In this document: positions 23,651-31,896 of the stretch, one piece after another
How the letters are laid out: each line of letters opens with the position of its first letter
Position numbering within the stretch: the first letter of the stretch is position 1
Assembly: GCF_000223395.1 (NCBI RefSeq)
Contig: NC_015931.1
Coordinates: 1,710,001 to 1,742,000, forward strand
Reading direction: 5' to 3'
DNA from: Pyrolobus fumarii 1A
Lineage (GTDB): Archaea > Thermoproteota > Thermoprotei_A > Sulfolobales > Pyrodictiaceae
DNA: 32,000 nt
Notes under the pieces: model-generated
Database searches by the model: none
Told to the model about the DNA's origin: nothing
What the model saw: only the letters and a program-made list of their open reading frames with translations
Translations under genes and position numbers: made by a program

Positions 23651-24062
23651 GAGACTCGTTGTCGACACATATGCTTGGATAGAGCTTTTCACCGGCGGCC
23701 CTCGGGCTACACTGGTAAAGTCTCTTCTCGTTGATGCCGAGGAGTTGTACACTCCGGACATAGTCCTCGCCGAGCTTGCACGCAAGTATATGCGTGAAGA
23801 TATTGATGCCAAGATCGTAAGGGAGAGACTAAAGGCAGTAGAGAGGCTGTCAACAGTTGTAATGATAGATGTTGAGACTGCTGTTCTCGTTGGCAGGGCC
23901 TACAGGAGACTACTCGATAACGCCAAGAGGCTTGGCTTGAAAGCAAAACCTAGCCTAGCCGATGCAATCATATTGGCTGCAGCTTGGAGGCTCAAGGCTA
24001 AAGTCCTAACCGGCGACATGCACTTCAAGAACCTCGAGGAAACCATATGGATAGGAGAGTGA
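23637..24062 (+). CDS. vapC: PIN-domain toxin VapC
   Basis: It has LVVDTYAWIELF, DIVLAELARKY, SLADAIILAAAW and VLTGDMHFKNL. The track start at 23595 lies inside the antitoxin, so I prefer TTG 23637 just before the DT motif, which gives a 14-nt overlap. Confidence 0.7.
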   Translation: MTRVERLVVDTYAWIELFTGGPRATLVKSLLVDAEELYTPDIVLAELARKYMREDIDAKIVRERLKAVERLSTVVMIDVETAVLVGRAYRRLLDNAKRLGLKAKPSLADAIILAAAWRLKAKVLTGDMHFKNLEETIWIGE

Positions 24063-24204
24063 ATAACAGCCATACAAGCCTGGATAGCCTAACAACAGGT
24101 ATGCGCAGAACACGCTGTAATACCCGCCTGTGCATCAACTCTCAAGAGGCTTAGGAGGCCCCTGCTACCCACGGACTACCGAGTGATACGGGAAAGGCTT
24201 TAAT

Positions 24205-24852
24205 TTGGCGACGACATATGGCAGTTCTTCAGTCTCCAGTACACCCGTATTCCGTGGGGCTGTGTCAGCCTTGACGGATACTGTTGCAGAGTTGCTCGAG
24301 AAGCCGTTACCCAAGCCTAGCCGCGACCCCGTGGGTTACGCCTCCGCTCGTGCCTTGGAAGCTCTACTCGAATCCCTCATGGCCCTCGAGTATCTCGGAA
24401 AGGGTTATACTCGTAATGCAGCTGGGAAAGCCTTCCAAGCATGGAGAGCACTAACAGCCGCGATACTAGCTCTCGAGAGAGACAAGGTACTAGAGAGGCT
24501 AGAAGACGAGAAGGAGAAAGAATGGTTCTTAAAGAGGGGTTTGCCGAGGGTGCCCTCCTCGAGGCTAAAGGCACTGGGGCAATTGGTAGAGGACCTTGGC
24601 TACCCCAACTATGGGCCCTACACCGACCGCGTGTTAAACCTTCACGACTACCAGTATCACGGGCCCGACCCTTCCGGCGAGTTCTCAAAGTATACCGTGC
24701 ACCGCGAGGCAGCCAAGGACATAGTCTACATCCTAGCAAAGCTCGTGGATATCATCGAGGAGAGAGTGAAACATAAACTAGAGGAGGCGAGGACATGGAG
24801 CGAGATACACGAGGAGACACTGAAGAGGCTAAAACAGATGCTAAACGGATAA
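24205..24852 (+). CDS. PaREP1-family protein (paralog B)
   Basis: ELLEKPLPKPSRDPVGYASARALEALLESLMALEYLGKGYTRNAAGKAFQAWRAL...LNLHDYQYHGPDPSGEFSKY. The true start is probably GTG 24262 or TTG 24271, because a TTTAATTT box lies at 24198-24205. Confidence 0.75.
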   Translation: MATTYGSSSVSSTPVFRGAVSALTDTVAELLEKPLPKPSRDPVGYASARALEALLESLMALEYLGKGYTRNAAGKAFQAWRALTAAILALERDKVLERLEDEKEKEWFLKRGLPRVPSSRLKALGQLVEDLGYPNYGPYTDRVLNLHDYQYHGPDPSGEFSKYTVHREAAKDIVYILAKLVDIIEERVKHKLEEARTWSEIHEETLKRLKQMLNG

Positions 24853-24924
24853 CACGCGTCAAAGCCACGATAATCATGTTGAGGTTGACACGCACCGGTG
24901 ACGAATAAGCTTTGATGGAGTCGC

Positions 24925-25146
24925 CTACGAGTCCATGCGGATCCTCAATGCTATGCCGGACTGAGATGGTATGTAGGCAAGGTTGACATTGGTAAGTAGG
25001 CCACGTTCCTCGAGAATAGGTTGCAGCTCCTGCCCGCGAGACGATGCATAGCGAGGCACAATATAGCCGCTTAGCACGTTCCCCAGGGTTCTCACGCTGA
25101 GTTGCAGGGTTAGCACAAACCCATTGTTATAGGCCAGCACTTGCAT
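24925..25146 (-). CDS. Hypothetical 73-aa ORF antisense-oriented between the tandem PaREP1 genes
   Basis: It is the only substantial ORF in the 340-nt gap. I recognise no motif, so coding status is uncertain. Confidence 0.2.
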   Translation of the reverse strand: MQVLAYNNGFVLTLQLSVRTLGNVLSGYIVPRYASSRGQELQPILEERGLLTNVNLAYIPSQSGIALRIRMDS

Positions 25147-25192
25147 ATACAGAAGACAGCGTAGATAAGCTCCTGGTAGCGTATGCTGCCGA

Positions 25193-25783
25193 GTGGGTAG
25201 GTTTCTCGTGGCGCGGTCAGGGTTACTTGAGGAGCCACTACCAAAACCTAGGCGTGACCCCGCGGGTTACGCATCGGCGCGTATACTCGAGGTTCTCCTG
25301 GAGGCGTTGCTCGCTCTCAGGTTCCTCGGGGAGGGTTACACGAGGAACGCGGCGGGCAAGGTATTCCAAGCCTGGAGAGCGTTGACAGCCGCGATACTCG
25401 CACTCGAGCTTGACAGAGTGCTTGGAAGGTTTGAGAGCGAGAGAGACCGCAAATGGATTCTCGAGAAAGGGTTACCCCGCGTACCCTCAACTAGGCTAAA
25501 GACACTCGGACAGCTCATCGAGGAGCTAGGCTACCCGCACTACACTCACTTTACTAGCACCGCGTTAGACCTCCACGACTACCAGTACCACGGGCCCGAC
25601 CCAGATGCAGAACTCTCGAAATACGCGAACCGCGAGGAGGCAGCCAGGGACATCATATACCTCCTCGAGAGGCTGACAGAGATAATAGAGGAGAGGGTGA
25701 AGCCAAGGCTAGAGGAGCTAGGCAAGTGGGACGAGGACCACGAGAAGGCACTGAAGGAGCTAAAGGGGAAGCTTGGAAGCTGA
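25193..25783 (+). CDS. PaREP1-family protein (paralog C)
   Basis: LLEEPLPKPRRDPAGYASARILEVLLEALLALRFLGEGYTRNAAGKVFQAWRAL...LDLHDYQYHGPDPDAELSKY. Confidence 0.75.
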   Translation: MGRFLVARSGLLEEPLPKPRRDPAGYASARILEVLLEALLALRFLGEGYTRNAAGKVFQAWRALTAAILALELDRVLGRFESERDRKWILEKGLPRVPSTRLKTLGQLIEELGYPHYTHFTSTALDLHDYQYHGPDPDAELSKYANREEAARDIIYLLERLTEIIEERVKPRLEELGKWDEDHEKALKELKGKLGS

Positions 25784-25985
25784 AAACATCCCTTAGCCTA
25801 AAGCCACAGGTTTACAAATGTAGGAACATTCCAACTCCTATAACCATACACCTTTATCCACAACACCTTGGCTTGCAACACCCTCCAGCAGCTCCCAAGA
25901 AGCCTCTCTACTCATCATCACATCCGGTTATTCCCACAGCTCTCTATACTCAAAGCCATACACTCCAGACACTTCGAGCTAGATC

Positions 25986-27068
25986 CTAGATGAATGTGAT
26001 GTATCGGGTTGGCTTGGGGCCCACGTACTTCCCGCGTATCGGGATGATCTCCCCGCAGCGGGGGCAGCGGTACCTCCCGCCCTCCTCCACGAGACCCCAG
26101 TGTGTAACCCGGTAACCCTCCCGGACGACGAGCACCTTGCCACAACGGGGGCAGCGCGTCGCCTCCAGCTCCGGGTCATGCACGTTACCAACATACACGT
26201 ACTTGATGCCCGCCCTCCTAGCCTTCTCCGCTATACGGAGGAGTGTCTCCACAGGCGTCGGGGGCTCTCCCCAACGGAAAGCGGGATAGTAACGATTGAC
26301 GTGTAGAGGCACATCCGGCCCCAGGTAGTCCAAGTGCCTCTCTATGATCCACTCGGCGCACACATCGTTATACCCCGGGACAACCAGGTAAATCATCTCA
26401 ACATGACCACCGTTATCCAACACGCGCCTCGCGTTCCGAAACACAACCTCGTGGTCAACCCCCGGGAGCACGTCCCGGCGACGCCGCGAAGCCTCCGGAC
26501 AACCCTTGATATCAACACTCCACCCGTCCCAGCCAGCCCCGACAAGCGCGTCAACAGCCCGAGTCGTGAAATACGCGTTAGTAACGAGAGACAGGTAGAA
26601 TCCCTCCCTCCTCGCAACCTCCGCCAGATCAAGCAGATAGTCGAAGAGAGTAACAGGCTCGTTGAAACTCGCGCAAAGACCCTCATCTCCAGCCCTCCTA
26701 GCCCACTCGACAAGCCTCTCCGGAGGCACAACAGGCCCGTCGACACACACACGAACCCACGACAACAGATAGTTCTGACACCACGGACAGAGAAAGTTAC
26801 AACCCCACCCCGAGAACGTCAACGAAGTCGAATTAGGCCAGTAGTGAAACAACGGCTTAATCTCAATAGGCCGACTCTCCGCAGCACTAAGCCTACCCCA
26901 ACCAACATGAACAAGACAACCATCACGATTCTCATACGCGCCGCAAAAACCACGCCGTCCAAGAGCAATAGTACAGTTGCGTTCACAAACATAACAACGA
27001 ACTTTACTGTTATCCATACGTACTTGAAGCCTAGCTATATGCGGTTGGTCTTCCCGAGGAACAACCAT
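25986..27068 (-). CDS. AmmeMemoRadiSam-system-type radical SAM enzyme (PFL-activase-like) with a C-terminal zinc ribbon
   Basis: The N-terminal Cys-rich segment is VRCYVCERNCTIALGRRGFCGAYENRDG, followed by IEIKPLFHYWP and the radical SAM motif GCNFLCPWCQN. The C-terminal part is CPRCGKVL...YRCPRCGEIIPIRG. The likely start is ATG 27017. Confidence 0.7.
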   Translation of the reverse strand: MVVPREDQPHIARLQVRMDNSKVRCYVCERNCTIALGRRGFCGAYENRDGCLVHVGWGRLSAAESRPIEIKPLFHYWPNSTSLTFSGWGCNFLCPWCQNYLLSWVRVCVDGPVVPPERLVEWARRAGDEGLCASFNEPVTLFDYLLDLAEVARREGFYLSLVTNAYFTTRAVDALVGAGWDGWSVDIKGCPEASRRRRDVLPGVDHEVVFRNARRVLDNGGHVEMIYLVVPGYNDVCAEWIIERHLDYLGPDVPLHVNRYYPAFRWGEPPTPVETLLRIAEKARRAGIKYVYVGNVHDPELEATRCPRCGKVLVVREGYRVTHWGLVEEGGRYRCPRCGEIIPIRGKYVGPKPTRYITFI

Positions 27069-27157
27069 TAGGGATGAACCCCGATGGGTATTCAGAGAGT
27101 TACAAGTTTACAAAAAGAAGGAGGACACGTTTTGCGGGAAAAAAGTGTGAACGGAGT

Positions 27158-27813
27158 TTAGCCCTGGCAGTTTACGCGCACATTCTGGATAGTGTCAGAC
27201 TGGCCAGCAAGTACGACCTTAATGTTGTAGTAGTGACCACACGCTAGCTCGGCAGTGCTAAGGTATAGGTTGCCATCAGCGTTGTTCACGTTGTACTTGG
27301 GATCAGCAAACTTGATAATTAGTATCTCGCCGGGCTCCCAGACACCGTTCCTATCCTATTGCCATCGTATATTAGCGTCACATCGTCAATCGTCGGGTTC
27401 TTGGTGTTAAAGTTGGAGGTTGTGTCTGGAAGTTCGATGTTCTTACCTAGTAACTTATATAGCAGGGTGGTGTTGCTGTAGACTAAGTCGCCACTGTAAC
27501 TATCGTAGATATAGATTGCTAGTGCGTTCTGCTCTTGTGCTACACGTAGATCGATGCTAGTTCTACCGGTGTTTCTTAGATATAACTCTACAGTTGCGTT
27601 TGCGCCATAGGCGGCATCTGTGGTACCGTTGTATATTCTGGCAGTTTCAATTGTGAACTGGGTCTGTAGCGAACTTGGCGTCTGGGTTGCTTGGCCAGCG
27701 AAGCCTGTTAGCCATAGGTAGATTAGTACTGCTGCACCGACGGCAACGAGGATTAGTAGTAGCACGGCGACAACCGGGCTGATTGCGCGCATCTTGGCGG
27801 TCATGGCCTTCAC
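27158..27813 (-). pseudogene. Archaeal type IV pilin-like protein (class III signal peptide, DUF361-like N terminus) interrupted by a frameshift
   Basis: The N terminus MKAMTAKMRAISPVVAVLLLILVAVGAAVLIYLWLTGF has a basic region, an RA/ISPV prepilin-peptidase-type site and a hydrophobic helix. The track ORF stops at 27319. A second frame, open from about 27355, reads DRNGVWEPGEILIIKFADPKYNVNNADGNLYLSTAELACGHYYNIKVVLAGQSDTIQNVRVNCQG and stops at 27158-27160. That is a plausible pilin C-terminal beta domain. GGAGG lies 6 nt upstream of the GTG start at 27813. Confidence 0.65.
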
Positions 27814-27819
27814 CCTCTT

Positions 27820-27868
27820 CCTCCATTACACTAAGTTCTGCGCGCGCATGCGAGTTTAATAACTATTT
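27820..27868 (-). promoter_or_regulatory. Putative promoter and Shine-Dalgarno region of the pilin-like gene
   Basis: The minus strand reads ACAAATAGTTATTAAACTCG. It has a TATA-like TTATTAAA at 27862-27855, about 45 nt upstream of the GTG at 27813. GGAGG lies at 27824-27820. Confidence 0.3.
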
Positions 27869-27952
27869 GTACTTGGTACTCTGGGGTTACATCAAATAAG
27901 CCTAGTACTACGACGCGCCTAATACCACGCATGCACGGTTATGGTTGTAGGT

Positions 27953-29179
27953 TCAAGCTTTCTTTGCTGCAGCCGCTACTATCTTCACTACCGCGTTGTT
28001 CTCGAGGATGTAGTCCTCTCCTATTCTCCTCTTTGTCTTGGCGTCTATCGCGTAGAGGAACGTTTTGCCTAGATCCGTATGCACCATGTACGCTAGCTGC
28101 CTGGCTGTTGTGCCGCGGGGGACTAGGTATGCATCTGGGAGTATCCTTCCCCTACTGTCTGTGTACTTGTTGGCGTCCTCGACGGGGTACACTATTATCA
28201 TGTTCATGAGGTCGAATACCGCCCTGTTTATCGCGTCTTGGACACCGGTAGAGCCCCACCGCTTCAACACCTTCTCCTCGATGTACTCGAGTGCCTTGAG
28301 CTGCTGGGGTGTCAGCCTCTTCTCGTCCACTATCTCGAACTTGGGGTCGCCGGGTATGTAGCGTATGAGGCCTGCTTTGGCCGCGCGTTTGAGGGCTAGC
28401 TCGGCGGCTGCACTCGTCGGCACAATTATATAGTCTTTGAGCTCCTTTCTCATCCTCTTGATGTTGTCCTCGGCGGGGTCGAGGTCGGCCTTGTTAGCCG
28501 CCACTAGTATAGGCTTCGAGACCCTCCTTACCACCCTCGCGAACTCTCGCAGATCGTCCAGGCTCCATCTCATCGGGTGCTTCTCTTCGAGGCCTGCACG
28601 CTTCAAAGCCTCCTCTATGTGATGCTTCCTGACGCTCAAGCCGCTCAGGCGCTGGGCGAGAGCATCAACAGGGTTCTTGTCGTACAGGCTGCGGGCGAAC
28701 TTGTCCCAGTCTCTGGAGATGATCCGGTAGAACCACTCGTCTAGCTCCTTCTCCATCCAGCGTACCTCCTCGACTGGGTCGTAGCTACCCGGCTGGGCTG
28801 GACGGCCCTCCGGGTCTGTCGCTCCCGCCGCGTCGACGACGAGTATCAGGGCGTCCGCCTGGCGGAGGTCATCGAGGAACTTGTTGCCGAGGCCGCGGCC
28901 CTCGTGAGCGCCTGGTATCAGGCCGGCCACGTCCATCATCTTGACTGGTATGAACCTCCAGCCTTCTAGGCAGTAGCCGCTCGCGGGGTCACACCTGGGC
29001 AACCCGAGCTCCACATGAGCGCACCTGACCCTCACGTAGCCGACGCCAACATTAGGCTCTATGGTTGTGAACGGATGGTTCGCTATCTCGACTTGCGCGA
29101 GGGTGGCAGCCGCGAAGAACGTGGACTTACCAACGTTTGTCTTGCCGACCACGCCGATCAGCCGCTGCGGAGGCGGCAT
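27953..29179 (-). CDS. Obg-like P-loop GTPase/ATPase of the YchF/Ygr210 type with a C-terminal TGS-like domain
   Basis: G1 is [14 protein letters not shown]2 is the FTTIEPNVG region. G3 is [12 protein letters not shown]4-like is VAANKAD. The C-terminal part is [18 protein letters not shown]. Confidence 0.7.
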   Translation of the reverse strand: MPPPQRLIGVVGKTNVGKSTFFAAATLAQVEIANHPFTTIEPNVGVGYVRVRCAHVELGLPRCDPASGYCLEGWRFIPVKMMDVAGLIPGAHEGRGLGNKFLDDLRQADALILVVDAAGATDPEGRPAQPGSYDPVEEVRWMEKELDEWFYRIISRDWDKFARSLYDKNPVDALAQRLSGLSVRKHHIEEALKRAGLEEKHPMRWSLDDLREFARVVRRVSKPILVAANKADLDPAEDNIKRMRKELKDYIIVPTSAAAELALKRAAKAGLIRYIPGDPKFEIVDEKRLTPQQLKALEYIEEKVLKRWGSTGVQDAINRAVFDLMNMIIVYPVEDANKYTDSRGRILPDAYLVPRGTTARQLAYMVHTDLGKTFLYAIDAKTKRRIGEDYILENNAVVKIVAAAAKKA

Positions 29180-29383
29180 ACCCTAGACCAGCCCAGAGGC
29201 ATCCCCATCTTCGCTAAAATGGGTACTATGCCCGTATAGCCGCAATTGTTGCAGAATGAGCTGGCAAAACGCCACATTACGGTCACACCAGAATCTATCA
29301 AGTCACTATGCCTCTCCACCACAGTTCTTACATGCTGAGATACACGGGCACATCCGAACCGGTTTCTCGGAAACGGTGGTCCT

Positions 29384-29947
29384 TCACACGTTGCACTCGT
29401 CTATACTGCATCTTAGCCCGTGGTAGCAGGCTCCAGCCACTATATCGCTTAGCTGTATACCCGGCGTCGAGGAGCTGGAGGCGAAGCGTACGTGCATCCC
29501 CAGGAGCCTTGAGGCTTTGGACTCGGTGCACGGTACGAGGCCGTGGTCTAGAACTAGCATTGGCTTCTCGAAGCCAATATCCTCTAGCAGCATGTTAAGG
29601 GCGCCTATCCTCTCCTCGAGAGCGTTGCCCCGCGAGTGTAGACGCACAGCCCCTACAGCGGCTGAGCCCCTCTCGATAAGGTCGAGTATCTGCTCTACGC
29701 TTATGCCTAGCCTAGAGGCTAGCCTAGAGACACTCCTATACTTCAACTCGCCGCTCTTCCATCCAAGCATACGCCTCAACTCGTGCAGCACACGGTACCC
29801 GTGTTTAAGGAGGGGGTACCCGCCCCTCTTCTCAAAGCACACAAGCGCAACAACGAAACACTTGCAGGGCATGTTTACACCAGAATCGTCACCAAAGCAG
29901 ACTACCTCCACCACAACCACCAAGTCCAAACCAATAAAGGTGGGCAA
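29384..29947 (-). CDS. DUF3800-family protein
   Basis: The N-terminal VVCFGDDSG resembles the hhhhDESG motif. There is a mid ELKYRSV segment. The C-terminal FASSSSTPGIQLSDIVAGA resembles the F-x-D/S-S...gIQlADl motif. The exact start among several TTG/GTG codons is unclear. Confidence 0.55.
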   Translation of the reverse strand: MPTFIGLDLVVVVEVVCFGDDSGVNMPCKCFVVALVCFEKRGGYPLLKHGYRVLHELRRMLGWKSGELKYRSVSRLASRLGISVEQILDLIERGSAAVGAVRLHSRGNALEERIGALNMLLEDIGFEKPMLVLDHGLVPCTESKASRLLGMHVRFASSSSTPGIQLSDIVAGACYHGLRCSIDECNV

Positions 29948-30354
29948 CTGGAGAGGGTTACACGGGCCCCGAGGAGGCCCCGGATGCCCCCCCGCATAGG
30001 GGGCGAAGAAGGGGCGAGGGGCAGCAACACGCTCGACCAGAGCATCACTAGTACGAAGCTGCTCTAGGAGATTATCGGGGGGTTCTCCCGGGCTTCAAAA
30101 TATGTGCAGGAGAGCCTTGGCGCTCTACTCGTTGAAAACTAGTTTAGGCTAAGTTAGGCTGACATGTGCAGTACCGGATGCTTTTGTTGGCTTAAGGAGG
30201 GCGTGGAAAACGAGGAACTGCTGAGGTACAACCCGTCTATGTTGCTGGTTGTATCCGGTTGCGGGGCCTCGGCTCCGGCCGGGTGTCTTCACCGGAGTCA
30301 GTCTAGCGAACGCTCCTCACCGGCCCTGGCGTGCTAGGGTAGGGGTGTTGCGGG

Positions 30355-30915
30355 GTGATTATCCTTGGTGTTGACCCTGGCTTGAGGAGGGGCGGCACTG
30401 GTGTCGCCGTTGCAGAGTATCGTGGCGGTAGGGCCATGCTACTGGATGTGCGTGCCACGAGCCTTGTGGAGGCCGCGTGGCTCGCTAAGAGCCTTGAGCC
30501 CCATGTGGTTGTCGTTGATTCTCCTCTCTCGTTGCCCTCGGGGCCATGGAGGAGGATAGACCTTGTGGGCAAAAGGCTCGGGTTGCGGCTATTGCCGCCA
30601 GGGTGGAGGGGCATGAGGAGGATGGTTGAGGAGGTTACACGATTGTTTCGGGGCGGGTGGCTGCTCCTCGAGACGCACCCCTCTAGCGTGGTGAGGGTGT
30701 CTGGTTGCCCGAGCGGCGAGGCTCTCGTGGAGAACTGCTTCGACTCTATCCTATCCTCGTGGAGTACGAGAGACGAGCTTGACGCGGCTATAGCGGCGTG
30801 CGTCGGAGTAGCGTTCATCGCCGGCTTCTGGGCCAGGATAGAGGCCTCTGATGGTAGCATCTGGCTAGTCGACCCTATGGTCTGCAGGAAGCTCTCTGCA
30901 CCCAACCGCCCTTAG
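30355..30915 (+). CDS. DUF429-family predicted RNase H-fold nuclease
   Basis: IILGVDPGLRRGGTGVAVAE is a RuvC/RNase H-like first strand. VVVVDSPLSLPSG matches the IDAPLSLP motif. It also has LLLETHPSS and a C-terminal DELDAAIAACVG. The GTG start is at 30355. Confidence 0.6.
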   Translation: MIILGVDPGLRRGGTGVAVAEYRGGRAMLLDVRATSLVEAAWLAKSLEPHVVVVDSPLSLPSGPWRRIDLVGKRLGLRLLPPGWRGMRRMVEEVTRLFRGGWLLLETHPSSVVRVSGCPSGEALVENCFDSILSSWSTRDELDAAIAACVGVAFIAGFWARIEASDGSIWLVDPMVCRKLSAPNRP

Positions 30916-31896
30916 CGCCTCCTCGACCCTCCGGGCCGCCCACCTGAGACGCAGCTTCGGGTAGAAGATCGACGCTATCCTCCATAGGATCGGCATTGCT
31001 AGCGGCGCGCCCGCCGCGCGCAGGTGACCACCACCCCCCAGGTACTTGGCGAGCTCCCTGACGTTCACCTTCTCGCTGCGGAAGCTCAGCCCCCGCTTGT
31101 GTATCACCACTACCAGGTCGGCCCGGTACCTAGCAGCGAGGGTCCTGGCTAGGAAGCTCCTGGAGGGAGGCCCACTCTTCTTCAGGGCAACGACAGCCTT
31201 GCACCCGTTTACCGCCACTATCTGGACGGCTCGGACAGCCTCTGTGTAGTTGCGCAGCTCCGTGTTAACATACTCCATTAGGGCCCTCTGCACCTCCTCG
31301 TCGCCGAGTATCTCCTGGAGGCTCTTCGCCGAGGCGAACTTCTCTACGAGCCTCCTACGCCACTTGTCACCCGCGCACCCCCTCTTCCAATCGACAACAC
31401 GGTATAGTTTGGGGGCCGCAGGGTGATCCCATATCCATATGTCGGCCGCACAAGTTGCACCCACGAGATCCTCTATGAAGTCGTCTATCTCGCCCCCTAG
31501 GATCTCTGGGGCATACCTGGCGACGACTCCAGCCCCACACGTATCGTTATCAACGTATATGTCCGCGCCTATGTCCCTGAGCTTCTCTTTCCAGCTCTCC
31601 TCCCACCGGTGGTGATCGAACCAGGCAATACGCGCGCCGCGCCCCACAGCCTCCCTGAGAAGGCTCACAACAGCGTCTAGCGTTGATGGGTTAGCGCCTA
31701 TATCGGCGATTATTATCGTCTCGCCTGGCGAGGCACTCCTAGCTACGCTCTTGAGCGTCTTGTGCAGCTTATAGGGCTCGGTGAACTCTAGCCTCGCGTC
31801 CTCGCCCAGCCGGGCACCTGCAAGCCTCAACGCTATAGCTGCAGCCGAGACGCCGTCGAGATCCGTGTGTGTTATTATCGAGAGTCTCCACGGCAA
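30865..31896 (-). CDS. DHH/DHHA1-family phosphoesterase (NrnA/RecJ-like)
   Basis: Motif I is ITHTDLDGVSAA, motif II is IIADIG, and motif III is WFDHH. The DHHA1 motif is LGGGGHLRAAG. All catalytic motifs are intact. Confidence 0.7.
   Translation of the reverse strand: MPWRLSIITHTDLDGVSAAAIALRLAGARLGEDARLEFTEPYKLHKTLKSVARSASPGETIIIADIGANPSTLDAVVSLLREAVGRGARIAWFDHHRWEESWKEKLRDIGADIYVDNDTCGAGVVARYAPEILGGEIDDFIEDLVGATCAADIWIWDHPAAPKLYRVVDWKRGCAGDKWRRRLVEKFASAKSLQEILGDEEVQRALMEYVNTELRNYTEAVRAVQIVAVNGCKAVVALKKSGPPSRSFLARTLAARYRADLVVVIHKRGLSFRSEKVNVRELAKYLGGGGHLRAAGAPLAMPILWRIASIFYPKLRLRWAARRVEEALRAVGCRELPADHRVD

Noticed and set aside
25800-25985. AC-rich convergent spacer as a further copy of the GT/AC-rich element family. 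Its minus strand has CCAAGGTGTTGTGG and TATGGTTATAGG, which resemble blocks in copies 2 and 3.
   Set aside because: The matches are short and imperfect and are not colinear with the other copies. I cannot distinguish them from compositional similarity without a statistical alignment.
30303-30905. 200-aa minus-strand ORF that covers the same DNA as the DUF429 gene.
   Set aside because: Its translation is S/T/P-rich with no recognisable motif. The plus frame carries the DUF429 motifs (ILGVDPG, VDSPLSLP, DAAIAA).
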